A program made the translations under genes and the position numbers. Below, in pieces: positions 1 through 12,112 of a stretch of 64,000 nucleotides of DNA (position 1 is the stretch's first letter; each line of letters opens with the position of its first letter). Below the pieces are notes generated by a model that saw nothing but the letters and a program-made list of their open reading frames with translations, ran no database searches and was not told the origin of the DNA. The DNA is taken from the NCBI RefSeq assembly GCF_000143415.4, contig NW_003314274.1, forward strand, positions 1,502,851-1,566,850, written 5' to 3'. The stretch is from Selaginella moellendorffii (Eukaryota > Plantae > Lycopodiophyta).

Positions 1-458
1 ACGAGCGCCGCCGTGATCGTGTTCCAGCTCACCACTGTTCGCTGCGGCATCTTGTCGAACAAAACCTTCGCTTCGTCAAGCTGCCCATACGCGGCATATG
101 CTGCGAGAATGGTGTTCCACGACACCACGTCTTTCAACGGCATCCGGTCGAACACGTCGCGGGCGTCCTCGATCCGACGGCTGTGTGCGTACGCGGCCAT
201 CATGATGTTCCACGAGAAGACGTTCTTGGAGGGGATCGAATCGAAGACGCGACGCGCCTCGTCCGGGCTGCCGCATTTGCCATACATCTCCATGGCGAGA
301 TTCTGGAGAAATTTGTTCTGGCGATGCTCGGTGGCGATTATCCTTCGATGGATCCGTCGTCCTGTCGAGAGATCCTGGGAGCGCGCGCACGATCGCAGGA
401 GCGCTGCATAGAACGCCGGCGAATTCTTCTCGTCGGCGGTGGAAGTTCTCAACTCCAT
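1..458 (-). CDS. PLS-class pentatricopeptide repeat (PPR) protein, 3' end runs out of the window
   Basis: Manual minus-strand translation from ATG at 458: MELRTSTADEKNSPAFYAALLRSCARSQDLSTGRRIH...MYGKCGSPDEARRVFDSIPSKNVFSWNIMMAAYAH...VFDRMPLKDVVSWNT, typical PLS PPR motifs; no stop before position 1. Confidence 0.9.
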   Translation of the reverse strand, partial: MELRTSTADEKNSPAFYAALLRSCARSQDLSTGRRIHRRIIATEHRQNKFLQNLAMEMYGKCGSPDEARRVFDSIPSKNVFSWNIMMAAYAHSRRIEDARDVFDRMPLKDVVSWNTILAAYAAYGQLDEAKVLFDKMPQRTVVSWNTITAAL

Positions 459-572
459 TCGAGAAATCCCTTCCCTCCATGCGAGAAATTCCAAGATGCC
501 CCAAATCCATGCAAAGAAAAGACCTAATCCCCTGTTCTTTTGAATTAGGGTTCTAGGGAAGGAAGCGAGAGA

Positions 573-1281
573 ATGACCGCGTCAGGGCCGAAGAACGAGG
601 AAGGCGGCGAGCAGCGCCATCTGCAAGGAGGCACGCAGCTGGGAGTTCCAGCTTACTATGGCACATTTCAGGGAAATCCCAGCTTCCCGCAGCCAGTACA
701 CCCTAGTCAGTACGAGCAGCAGCAGCAGCAGCAGCAGCAGGAATATCACCCGGGCTACGTTTCTTCTCAAGGTACCTCTTGATCGATTCATCTCTTTGAG
801 CTCAATCGCGCTCTAGATCTAGATATTTCGTCCTGGACAAAGGATCTCTAAAGAAATCTCTCTTTTTTTTTCGGTTCTTTGCTTGTGTAACAGGATACGA
901 GAGAATCGATCACTATCAGCATCACGATAGGCTTCCGTGTTGCGGGCTTGGAATTGGATGGTGTCTGTAAGTCTTCGGCTCGCTCTGTTTTTTTTTTTTT
1001 CTCTTTCCTTGCTTGAAACTTCTTTCGATATGATGTTTGAATCGCTCACACTGTTTTGGCTTGTAGTTTCATCCTTGGCTTTTTGACGCTTTCGCTTCCC
1101 TGGTTCGTGGGGGCTTTCATTTTCTTTTGCATCAAGACGGACGCGAGAGAACACGTCGGGCTTGCAGCGTGTGCCATTGCAGTAAGTCTTTCTGGTGTTC
1201 ACGCATTCACTGATTTACTCCGCAAAACAGGCACTCATGGCTCTCCTCGTCGGTGGCAGCAAAGGGATCCATATGTGGTAG
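573..1281 (+). CDS. Plant '60S ribosomal protein L18a-like' small membrane protein (4 exons)
   Basis: Spliced product with YYGTFQG...PQP N-terminus, RLPCCGLGIGWCL|FILGFLTLSLPWFVGAFIFF...DAREHVGLAACAIA motif; GT-AG introns at about 772-893, 967-1066 and 1182-1230; stop TAG at 1279-1281. Confidence 0.75.
716..740 (+). repeat. (CAG)n coding microsatellite (poly-Gln)
   Basis: About 8 tandem CAG units in exon 1. Confidence 0.9.
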
Positions 1282-1517
1282 ACGTAAGAGGCACGCACGC
1301 ACGCTACGCATGTAAATAAGCTAAGTCATTTGCGAATCTAAACATACTTTTCTTCGGAAACTCGAGCTCGTCGAGATTTTCAAACGTTAACAGTGGCGCG
1401 GAAAGTCCCCCGACGATAGACATGATCTACAGTGTGAGACGAAGCGACTGACGGGAAAACCAGACTTTATTCCAGATGAGATATGCTACAAGAGAAAACT
1501 CTACGGTGGCGACCATC

Positions 1518-1973
1518 TCAAGCAAGTCTGTCCAGACCCCCGGCTTCGATCTTTGGAACCGTGACAAGGAGAACTTCGTCCGAGTACTCCACCCGGGTCG
1601 CCTCTGGCGAGGTCGTGGGTGGGAGCCGAAACCTCCAGCAGTCGACCTGATTCTCGTCGGAAGAAGAAGATAGCAGCCCGACCACCACTTTGACAGCTCC
1701 AGGGACGATCTCGAGAACTTGGACCCGGACATCCTCCGCCGCCAGGCCCGAGTGCTGGATCGCAAACATGTAACACTCCGGAGTCTCGTGGACCTCGACG
1801 TCCTTGTCCGATCGAAAGGGGAGCTGGAGAACTTTGGCAAACAGGTGTGGCATCCGCTTGAGTGGCTTGCTGCTCGTCACGGTGGATGGAACGGCGCTGG
1901 CGGCGGCCTCGATATCATAGACGACGACCATCGTTTGCCTCCTGTTTAGCGGATGTACCTTAGCTACTGTCAT
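1518..1973 (-). CDS. Alpha-crystallin/HSP20-like domain protein (plant 'LPHVFSRVLELPF' family)
   Basis: KRMPHLFAKVLQLPFRSDKDVEV...WRFRLPPTTSPE...EVLLVTVPK; intronless. Confidence 0.8.
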   Translation of the reverse strand: MTVAKVHPLNRRQTMVVVYDIEAAASAVPSTVTSSKPLKRMPHLFAKVLQLPFRSDKDVEVHETPECYMFAIQHSGLAAEDVRVQVLEIVPGAVKVVVGLLSSSSDENQVDCWRFRLPPTTSPEATRVEYSDEVLLVTVPKIEAGGLDRLA

Positions 1974-2657
1974 AGCTCTGGAGAAATTTTTTTCTTTCCT
2001 TGATCACTGTGATCCTTTCTTCCTTTCTTTTGGTATGAGAATCGAGAGAGGGAGAAGCCTTTTTCTTCTAGGTACCTTTTAACGCTGGAAAGCTTTCTCT
2101 TGGCTTCCTCTGTCTTTCAAAGAGCCTGCTTATAAACATAACCAAGGAAGGAATGAAAGCTTGGAGGAATGGAGGAGAGGAATGGCGATGTGGGCGATTG
2201 CGAGGGGCGCGACCCACGTCTCCAAATGCCCGTGACTGACGACCCAAGAAAGCGCAAACTCGATCGGGACCCCCAAAGTAGCCCTAGTTGGCTGAGAATC
2301 TTTTTTAGGGAAGAATGAGAGGAGGGAATTCTCTACGGTGGTTGCAAGCGGTTAGGCTATGGCTGCCAGAAAGGACATATAAATCTTGTAACTAGCAGTA
2401 GATTTTAGCGGATGAAATGGATAGATGATAGAATTTCCAGAGATAAGAGTGGGCTATAAACAGCGATGGGATCGGCGGCTTTGGGATCATCAAGTCAAAC
2501 GGCTAATCATCTGAAAGTTGGAAGAAATTTTCATTCCTTGCGAGCTGCTCCACCAACCTCCTGGAAAAAACCACCGGATCAAACAATCCCCACATGAAAG
2601 AATTCGCATTGTATTTAGCTACGCATCGCATCGATCAAAAGAAAAACGAGGAAGGAG

Positions 2658-2999
2658 CTAGAAAACCTGTGAGATTGGCCTCTTCCCCAAGCGCTTGATC
2701 TCCTTGTCCATGTTTCCAGTGAGCATCAATCCAAACATCTTGCAATCGCACATAAACGACCAGAGCGGGTGCCCAAATGTGGCCGGCGTGTTGCCCTCCA
2801 CGAAGAAATGGCTGTACCACGCCATTCCATAGCCCACCACTGGCACCAGGAAGAAGAGCCACCACTTAATCAGCAGCGCGCCCACCAGCAGGATCGTCGC
2901 GCAGCTCGTGCCCAAGAAATGCAATCGCCGCGTCGTCGGCTTGGAGTGCTGATTCATGTAAAAGGGCCAGAACTCTTCGAAGCTCCGGAAGTGCATCAT
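2658..2999 (-). CDS. DUF962 (Mpo1-like) membrane protein
   Basis: FRSFEEFWPFYMNQHSKPTTRRLHFLGT...GYGMAWYSHFFVEGNTPATFGHPLWSF; real start at the MM codons (2999/2996), not the ORF-track start. Confidence 0.9.
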   Translation of the reverse strand: MMHFRSFEEFWPFYMNQHSKPTTRRLHFLGTSCATILLVGALLIKWWLFFLVPVVGYGMAWYSHFFVEGNTPATFGHPLWSFMCDCKMFGLMLTGNMDKEIKRLGKRPISQVF

Positions 3000-3456
3000 C
3001 GATTTCGCCAATCCTCGACGCAAATTCTCCACCTGGGCAGCTGATCCCCACCGATTCCCGACTTGGGCTGCGATCAATTCCTCGCCAGGAGCCCTACTTC
3101 GACAGCGAGAACGCGCGCCACCACCATCGCCATAGCTTCCCCATGAAACCAAAGGAGAGCCGTTGATTGCCTGCCACGTATGCGACAGCTCTGAGCCGTT
3201 GGATGGCGTAGCGGGAAGTGTCTCAGGTTCGATTCCGGCCGCGGGCATTCCATTTTGCGGGAAGGGGCTGCCATGGCGGCTGCGTTGTCGGCGTGAGAGG
3301 ACCGACCAGGTATTGTTCTAGGCGAGAATTTCTCGAAATCGCGCTCACGATTTCTCTCCAGATCGCGCGCGTTGCATTCTCGCGGCGCCACGATGGCGAT
3401 CGGTGGTGGAAAGATCCGGCATTAGGGTTTATCAAGCGCGACGCTGTTCTTGCTGG

Positions 3457-4431
3457 ATGGCGAGTAGATTCCAGGCGCTGGCGATGCTGTCCAGGGTGTG
3501 CTGCCTGCCGCGGGCACGAATCGGTCGCAGGTTTACTCACAGCAGCGCAGCTGGGGCGTTCCAGATTATCAGCAGGAGGGGCAATCACTTTTGGTCGAGT
3601 TCTTCCGAGGATAGTGGGATAGATGTGGAGGCGGAGGCTAGCAGCACCAGCAGCGCTAGCACTAGCAGTCGCAAGTTGCCGCTGGTGGACGAGAAGAAGA
3701 TCACACAGGCGGCCCCCGACTGGCTTCCACTTGTTCCTGGGAGTTCTTACTGGGTACCATCGGAGGAGGAGAAGGTGAAGCCCGTCACTGTGAAGCTGCT
3801 CAACTTGAGCGACGGGAAGATCACGGCGTGCATCTCGCCTTGCGGCTGGCCAGCCTTTTCGGAGGACGAAGATTGTAAGTTCTTTCTCTTTGCTTTGTTC
3901 TTCCTTTGTTCTTGATGTGTTCGTGGTTTTATATGGTTTCTATGCCTTGTTCTCGTACTCTACATTGTGGTCGCATCTTTCCCTTGCTAGTTTTTCTTCA
4001 AGTTTTGATCGTTTCCTTCGGTTCTAGTCTTTAATTCTTGGTTTTTTTCTGTGTTCTTGGTGGTGTTTGGTTTTGTATGCGCAGTTTTCGTGGTGTCTCA
4101 TGCGTTCTTTCCTTGATTTTTTTAAATTTTTTTTTCAGTTTAAGTGTTGATCGTTATTCTTGGTTTGATGCTTGGTTTGGTTGTGTGTTCTTTTGTGGCA
4201 TGAAACCATTGCCTCGTACTTCTTTTGTGTGACTCCGAGAGGGAATATTTGTCGTCGATTTTGTGTAAGATTGCTGCGAAGATTTTCTTCCTGTGACACG
4301 ACCGGTGTTTTTGTGGTGTCGATTTTGTGTACGATTGCTGCGAAGATTTTCTTCCTGTACTGACACGGCCGATGTTTCTTTTTCTTCCTGCAGTCACGGA
4401 TGTGTCTGAGGACGAAGATGACGATGATTAA
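3457..4431 (+). CDS. Uncharacterized plant protein ('AAPDWLPFLPGSSYWVP' family), probable organelle transit peptide, 2 exons
   Basis: QAAPDWLPLVPGSSYWVP and GWP motifs; intron about 3874-4393; acidic tail ending at TAA 4429-4431. Confidence 0.7.
4254..4380. repeat. About 64-bp imperfect direct repeat (2 copies) in an intron
   Basis: GTCGATTTTGTGT(A/AC)...GATTGCTGCGAAGATTTTCTTCCTGT at 4254 and 4318. Confidence 0.85.
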
Positions 4432-4597
4432 ATCATACGAGCTGCTTAGCTTGCTCAAGAGCTTGCGAGCTTGCGAGAAACAAAGCAAAGGGAAAAAGAA
4501 CCACTGACTGGGGCCAAACGAGCTGGAAATGCTCACTCTGTGCGTAAACGCTGGGAATGTAAAATTTATTCTAGCAAAACGATAGAATAAGCCTTCG

Positions 4598-4633
4598 ATC
4601 AACGGTTGGGATTTTCGATCCGTATTAACGGTG
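4598..4633 (+). promoter_or_regulatory. Two MSA-like (MYB3R, AACGG) elements
   Basis: ATCAACGGTT at 4598 and ATTAACGGTG at 4624, about 150 bp upstream of the next ATG. Confidence 0.45.
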
Positions 4634-4767
4634 TCGATCCACGGGGAAGAGAATATTCGCATAGCGCCAACATTTTCCCTCTCTTTTCTTTTGTTTGAAC
4701 CACCACTCATCAGAGGGCTTTGCAGAGCTAGGGTTTTGCGGGAAGGAGGCGTTGCTCGATCGATCGA

Positions 4768-6571
4768 ATGGACGAGGTAAGCGCCGCACGGCGATCTAGA
4801 GTTGCGCACTCACGATGCTTTGATTCTAGAATGTGGCGCCTCTCGCAGTGAATCCTCGAGCTGCGCACCCTGGTATGCGTATTATTTGAACGGGTTTCTG
4901 ATGATCACTTGTGTTTCATGGATGTAGTGCCAAAGAATGTGTTTAAGCGTCTATACAGTGGATTCAAGGGAGGGGATCCGAAGATCCGCAAGCATGGGAG
5001 GTAAAAATGCCATTTTTCTTCTTTTAGCTGATGATTAAGTTGTCATGCAGTACGAAAGAGGAGGAGATTGATAAAACCCCGTTGAAAGCCACCAGAGGAC
5101 GCCAAGTTTCATCCAAGTTCTCTGGGGTTTTGTTGTCCAGATCCACCAAGAAGTACGACAGCCAGAGACAATGCTTGGCGAAGAAGTTCTCATTTAAGAC
5201 GCCGTCTACGAACCAGCAGTTTGTGACGTCCGAGAGAGGGGCTGAGAGCAAACCGTCGGTGAAAACTCCCGCTTCCGTTAGACTTGCGAGATCCAAGCTC
5301 GAGTCCGCAAAGTACTGGTTGTCGCTGGTGAGTGTTGCGGAGAAAGCAGGAAAGCACGCCGTCTCGGTGGGGCTTTTCCGCCTTGCTACCGACTGTGGAG
5401 CAAAGGTATTGATTAATTTGTGTCAGATTTCTTTTCTCCTGGCATGATCCCTTTCTCTCATGTGTGTGCAGCCGATAGCTGACATCCAAAAAGGCCTTGC
5501 GTCCTATACTGCTCGATACAATCTCAACTCGACTCCCGCAGACAGCCACCTGGAAGTTTCAACTTCTCTTAAAGTCGAGGAACATGTCCCGGACGTGCAG
5601 TCGGATAGTCAGCATCCTGCAATCAATACTGACGCTGACGAAGGCAAAGCTGTTAAAGAAGTCAAGGCTATGGAGAATGTCGGTGACGAAGAGTGCTCAC
5701 GGGTTTCTGTCATTGACAAGCTTAATCCAGAAGACGATGCTACCTCTGAGGTCATCAACGGCGTCATTCACACTACTGATGCCCATGAAACTGGTGCCAC
5801 CAGTAAGTTGGACGCGCAGAAATCGCCACCAAAGCCTTCGGCTGAAGTTATTGCTCCTCGACGTACCCCTCGCCGTGCATGCGCTATACGCGCGATTCAG
5901 AGGATTGAAGAAAGCAACAAGAAGCAACCTCGACGAAAGCAGTCAGGTACCTGGATCTGGAAAGTTCTACCATAGTTCTTTCTAATTCTATGTGTGTTCC
6001 GTCCAGAGTCGAAGGCTGGCGAAACCTCGAACGAAGCTCCTGAGTTGGATGTCGAGAAAATGGACGTGGATGCCCTGATGGAGGAGGTAGTCTCGTGCAT
6101 GATGACAGGTTCGGGCAACCAGGAAGTGCTGAGTACTTCCAAGCCCCGTCTGCGTTCGAGCTGTAAGAAGCAAGCGAAAGTACCTGCTCGATGCGCAATC
6201 TCGCCAAATCAAGCACAGGATAAGAAGGCTGGCAACGGGAACAAGGAGTTCCAGGTTGTGAACGAGAGCTCCAAAACCAGCGATCACAACGAAGTTGGAA
6301 AAGAAAATGCTCCAAAGGTGACAACGAGTCGAACACTTTTCGAGGTAATGACCTGTGGCATTCCAGTACCAAGACTTTTGAATTGATCTTATGATTTCCT
6401 TGTTTACAGACACCGACAAAGAAAAGCATAGCTGTTGAACCAGGTAAGTCTTTTCTTCTTGTTAGCTTTCTCTTCTCACCACTTTGCAACGTGCCAGTGC
6501 CAGGAAGTACCGAAACAAGGAAGTCGGCAAGAATCCGGTCAATCGGCAAGTCCGCCGGCAAGTGTGCTTGA
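4768..6571 (+). CDS. Uncharacterized plant protein ('microtubule-associated futsch-like' family), multi-exon
   Basis: Conserved block KYWLSLVSVAEKAGKHAVSVGLFRLATDCGAK|PIADIQKGLASY in an otherwise low-complexity protein; GT-AG introns; stop TGA 6569-6571; 5' exons uncertain. Confidence 0.6.
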
Positions 6572-7972
6572 CAATGTGAGTTTTTCCTAGACTTTACAGT
6601 TTCAGCTTGCTATGATCTCTCAACTTTCGAAAGCAAGCTAGCACCAGTTGAAAGATTTGACAGAGAAAGCATATAGTAAATATTTCCTTTACTTGATCGA
6701 TTTCAAGAGCTGAGAAAAAAGGTGCTTTTGGCGACACTGGAACTTCTTTAAAGGTAAATATCAAGTTTCCTTGTCCCTTTCATTATCTGTAGAAGATAAC
6801 AGCCAGAGATATTCATACTTTCTGTGTTACAGGCATTTGGGGCGAGAAGCGTAGCTAGTACACAGGTAAGATGGCAAGATCTGTACTATATTCTTTTTCC
6901 TTTCGTCTGATAATTATCTGCGAGACTCCGACTGACTGTTCATTATTTTACCCAGATGCGCCACGGAGCTTTTACTTACTCGAAGAAAAGTAAGTGCTCG
7001 CTATCTCATCGATAAGCCAGGCTTGTGTGACTGACTAAATGGGACGTGTGTAGCTCGTCTGCTGGGGTCCCAGTTTTGAGGGGCATCGGATGCTTCCATT
7101 CCGATATGGATGCTATCTTCGAATCCAGGCTCGCTTTCCTTCTGGAGTCCATTTCGAGAGCTTTGTTTTTAAGTGTTTTCAATGGGCTAAAGCTGGTGCT
7201 TTGCTTGGTGTAGCTGTTTAAGTGGGGACGCTTGGAGCCTCCTTTTCTTTTATCAAGTGTTCTTTCTAGCGGTAAATGTGAGAATGAAAGATCTTTGTCA
7301 CCAGTCTTTGTTTTGCAGCTCTGTTCTTCCTGACAACAACGACACACGCCTTGAATTCGATTTGCAAAACCGGACTCGTTGCGATATCATCCATCCATGC
7401 CAGTTTATTTTTTAAAAAAAAATTGCTAACGAAGAAAATTATGGCTCGAATAGAAAAAACCATGAGCAAAAGCCAGCTGGCAGGGGCCCTCCACGTGGCC
7501 CGCCGAGTGAATCCACCACGGCCACGTCTCGAGATTATAATAATAGCCTTGATCAAGCAAATCACCTGTACGACATCCCGTCAATCCAGCGGTGACGTGT
7601 ACGGCGGAACCAAGAGAGAGATTAGCTTGCGTTCGTCTTTCTCTCTCTTTTCTTTCTTTTTTACGAGTTGGTGTTTGGCGAATGGCCCACTCTCGATCCT
7701 TTTGAGCGTAGATCTTTTATCACCCCCCTTCCTCTGCGCTTATACACAATCTTCTCCCCTTGGCAACACTCCTAGACGCGCTTCTTCTTTTTCTTCTTCT
7801 TCCCAAGGTCGGTATCCTCATCTCCTCATCGCAAATTCCTCGAGAATTCCATCGCAAAAGCCCCCATTTTTCTTGGCTGCTTCTTTGTCTCTATCTGTGT
7901 CGTCGAGAAATTAAGCTGTGGCTGTTCTTGGCTGTAGAGAGAGCGAGCGAGCGAGCTCCATCGTAGAAGAGA

Positions 7973-8906
7973 ATGACGGAACAAGCGCCACCGGCTCCAG
8001 TCACTCACGCTCCAGTGGCTCCAGTCACTCACGCTCCAGTCGACAAGAATGTCACTGCCGAGACGGCCAGTCCCACGTCGGTGATTGGAACAAATGTGAA
8101 GAGCCCCCCTTCTCCAGGACACGCTCCTGCCGACGCCAACCACGCTCATGCGGCTACCACCCATCCTGGTAACGAGAATTCTCGCTGTGCCCCCTGTTTC
8201 TCTTCCTGACCCTGTGAGTTCTCCCCAATTTCTTCTCTGCAGAGGCTGCTCATGTGAAGGCTGCTCCAGGAAGTCCCCCTTCCAGCAAGAATTCCCTCTC
8301 GTCTTCGTTGAGGACTGATGGAGGCGGATCAATGGATCGAGGTACGAAGTTTTGGTTGCCGGGTTCACGAGTCTCCAGCGGACCGTTTACTCTCTCGCTG
8401 TAGATTCCGCTCTTGCCAAGGTCCAACACGAGAGGACAATGTCGAACATCAAGGCCTGGGAAGAGAGTCGCAAAGCGAAAGCCACCAACAGGTAAGTAAC
8501 GTTTTGAGAGGTTCTTGCTGGTTCTTACCTTTGTTCTTTGTTGGCAAACAGGTGCGCCGCGGTGATTGCAAAGATCGGTGCCTGGGAGGCCTCGCAGAAG
8601 GCTGGAGCTGAAGCAAAGTTGAAGCAGGCTGAGGTGAGCAGAAACAATTTTAATTAGCAAACTTTTAGCTTGAAAAATTAAATATTAACATGTCTCAAAC
8701 CTGTGCAGGAGAAACTCGAGAAGAAGAGAGCCGCACTCGTCGAAAAAATGCGTAATCAAATTGCAGCCGCTCACAAGATGGCCGAAGAGAGACGAGCTCT
8801 CGCGCACGCGCAGGAAGGCGAGGAGATGTTCAAAATCGAAGAAACTTCAGCAAAGTACAGAGCTCAAAACAAGAAGCCTGGAGGATTCCTGTGCTTCAAG
8901 GCCTGA
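7973..8906 (+). CDS. Remorin (group 1-like, Pro-rich N-terminus)
   Basis: IKAWEESRKAKATNR|...IGAWEASQKAGAEAKLKQAE|EKLEKKRAALVEKMRNQIAAAHKMAEERRA...GFLCFKA coiled coil and C-terminal anchor; 24-bp internal duplication (APVTHAPV x2). Confidence 0.93.
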
Positions 8907-9391
8907 AAGTATATGTGATCCCATACATATGCTACGACGAACGACAGATGGTTTGCTGTGATCCTGTTTGGCTTGAGGATCTTTGCTTTGGTTGCTGTAA
9001 ATTATTCGATTAATATGAAAACCAAAACAATTGTACCTGGGTGGAGAATCATTTTACAATAACTGTTACAAAGCTTTGTCTCTCGCAAGCAAAAGACACA
9101 GACTTTACTGTGTTCACAGACCCCGCAAGTGCATTGAAAGTAAAACACTGCACAAAGACGATAAGCGGTTCAACGATAAATCCCACAGTTTTCTCACCTG
9201 CAGGAAATGCGGAAAAAGTTCCGCTTGAACTGTCTGTCTCGCATTACGTTTTAGATGCACACATGTACAAACTGCCCCACACCTGTCACTTCGCTGTTTC
9301 CCGTTTTGCTGAAATGCCACTTAACTGAACCACCTGCAACACACACACAAACTCTTTCAAGGCTCGTAGATCAAAAAAAGATTTGAGTTTT

Positions 9392-11649
9392 TTACCTCCT
9401 TCGGGGTCTTTGACTGCGATACCGAGACGATATCAGATTTCCCGTTGAGTGCCGCGACTTCCCTCTCTTAGCAAGCCACTTCTCTTCTCTCTCGAGGCTG
9501 GCTTGACAACGAGTTCTTTGGTACCGCCGCTCTTCAATGGTTTCCACTGTCCGGATCACCTGAGACTGCTGGTAGTCATACGGGAGCTTCGTCGAGTTCC
9601 ATTGCACTAGCTTTTCATGGATCTGTGTATCGGTTTGTCTTGCTTCTGGGTCGGCTGGAAGAAGCACGCCGTTGCCGCTGGCTGAAAACTTGCCAGCATA
9701 GAAAGGATCGAAGGCACCAGTCCTCCCATTTTTCTCGTTGAGCCTCCCAGTAATGTCAGAAACTGTCACGGACGATCTGTAAGTCGGCCGATCCATCATA
9801 AAGCTACTCCTCATGTTACGTTTACGCTCCAAAGGATCCGCTTCGTCATCCTCGTCGTTTATGTGACAGCTTGACATAGCCGAAACAAGCGACGGTAGAG
9901 AATGGACGATCCTGCCAGATCTGGACGAGCTATCTTCAAGTGGAGGACCTCCAAGTTCTTCAGCAAACCATCTCCTCCGACTGCTAGCTGGGCGTGCAGT
10001 CGGACTTTCGTCGACATCTGTATAGATCAAAAAAATATTAATTATCATCTCAAGCAACTGTAAGCAAGAATGTTTACCAGTTGGAGAAATGAGCGAAGAT
10101 TCTGACATGCGGTAAACACGGTCTTTCCATGACCGAATTTCCACATCTTTCATGTGGAGCTTTTTCTCTGCTTCTTTCAGTTCAGCTTCGAGCTCTTTTA
10201 TTTGCTTTGCCTGCCTTTCCTCGAGAACAATATGCAGCCTTCTGTCGAGTTCCCGAGGGGATATAGCCCAATGTTGATTTTGAGGAGGCGACGAGCCATC
10301 GTCAAAAATTTCTATGAAGTCATCCTGCAGGCTTACTGAACTGGAACTGCTAGACACATTTGATGGTTCCCTCTGCACAACACCGCGTTCTTGGTAAATT
10401 CACGTCAACAGAAACTAAAAGAACTTACTTCGGCCCCATTTGCCTTCCCAGTACTCAGGTTGAGCTGCATGATCTCCAACTCTGCCGCGAGTTCCGCTTC
10501 AAGCACGGCCATGGGATCCGTCTTTGTTTCTACTGTCACCACACTTGTCATGGACTCATCATCGTCATCGTGACAATCATCAGGAATTTCTATCCCAAGT
10601 TTCGTGTTTTGCGTGTCTGTTGGTTGCTGTGGAAGCTCCATCTCTCTTTTCTTATACAGAACCATAAAAGTCATAGCAGCGTGTACGCCCATCGCAAACA
10701 AGAGCACCTCCTTAGCTGAAAAACCGTCAAGGTGAGCGAGTACAAAGACAAACAAGATCCACAAACCTGAGCTCTCGTAAATGTTTGAACTTCCGTTGAG
10801 AGCCTTCCTTTTCCTTGCAGTCGGTAGCATAGCCAGAGAAGCCGGAACCGTATGTATATTTGGAGTCGCAGGCACAGAAGAGTCCCTGCTCTTGCTCCTC
10901 CCTCTCGACTTGCGGTCGTATAACTTCTTCGTTCTCGAAGTTGCCAAACTCCCATCCATTGGACCAAACATGTTATGCTTCTGCGCTGCTGCCATGGTAG
11001 TCCAGTCCAGGATATTGGGAAGATCATCCAGGCACAGATTTTCTACGTCTTGCTTCGATGTAGTCCAGGAAACATCCCCCAAAGAAGTTCTCACGGTTAC
11101 GTCCATGTCCACTGTTGAGACATCACCACCATTGGCACCACTTCCCGAGTTCCCTTCCAAAGAAAATCCATTCCTCGCCTGTGCCTCGTTGATCTCGACA
11201 GTAGTTCCTTCGAAGTCGTCCGAGTTGAGGCATTTGTCTTGGCATCTGCTCTGAGCTCTTGGCCAAGATGGCCAACCTTTCGTCTTGCTCTTCGACTTCA
11301 ATCTCGACTCGTGAATCCCCTTTTGGAAGGAAGTAACAAGACTGGCCTCCAGCACGTCCCTCGGGCTGTTTCCACAGCATGATCTCTTCCATCGCTTGTC
11401 ATCAACGCTCTGTGATCCAACAGCACCGTGCTCTTGAGTGACACTCTTCTCCTCTTCTCCGAGTCTTTCAAAACGGTCCTTCACCCGTAGAGCTTCTTCG
11501 CTTAACAAACAGTCGACTTGATCAGGTGGAGACCTGGAAATGTTTTCATCGTCGCTCAGCCGGAGCCTCTTACTCTGATTCGAGAAGGAGGCATTCTGGA
11601 GGCACCGTGCAAGATATCCCGATCCTGCCGCCACAACCCAGAGCCACAT
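9392..11649 (-). CDS. POLAR-like coiled-coil protein
   Basis: MWLWVVAAGSGYLAR N-terminus, LEAELAAELEIMQLNL, ISPRELDRRLHIVLEERQAKQIKELEAEL...EIRSWKD; short introns near 10739-10768, 10375-10428 and 10018-10077. Confidence 0.7.
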
Positions 11650-12055
11650 CTCCACTCCTCGATCATCTGTCACAACGCAATGCAGCTTAGATCCCGCGTT
11701 TCACCTCGAAATCTCGAGCGATCAAGCACGCTAGCAGGATCACGCAAAAGGGACCGATCTCACTCACCAGAAAAGGGAATCTCTCGCCTCCGCAGCTCGC
11801 ATTCCTCATCGACCAGCCGGATCCATGGAAACCCTATTGCCTCCTCGGCGATTCTCCTCCAACCCTAGCGCCCTCCATGGCATTGAAGAACGAAGAAGTC
11901 TGCGAAGGAGAGTTTGAAAATATATAGAGTAAAACGTACAAACATACGCTACCGTCCCATCATTCGTCCGGCGGGTTTTGGAGGGAGAAAGCCCGGCCGT
12001 CAGAAGCAACCATCCGACGCCTGGGAGCTGGCCACGCGTTTGCAGTATTAAATGT

Positions 12056-12112
12056 TGACCGTTGGATGTTTCTCTTCGTCATTATTGGAGGGGGTGGCGC
12101 ATCCAACGGTCA
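12056..12112. promoter_or_regulatory. Inverted pair of MSA (MYB3R) elements forming a perfect 13-bp inverted repeat
   Basis: TGACCGTTGGATG (12056-12068) and CATCCAACGGTCA (12100-12112); both contain TCCAACGGTC, matching the MSA consensus YCYAACGGYY. Confidence 0.6.

Noticed and set aside
13-527. ORF-track ORFs at 13-411(+), 76-510(-) and 183-527(+)
   Set aside because: Shadow or off-frame readings of the minus-strand PPR gene
6600-7400. Possible small spliced gene on the minus strand (ORF 7006-7347, K/S-rich, plausible ATG near 7394)
   Set aside because: No recognisable domain, and no consistent exon chain to a stop could be built; may be 3'UTR of the upstream gene. Needs RNA-seq
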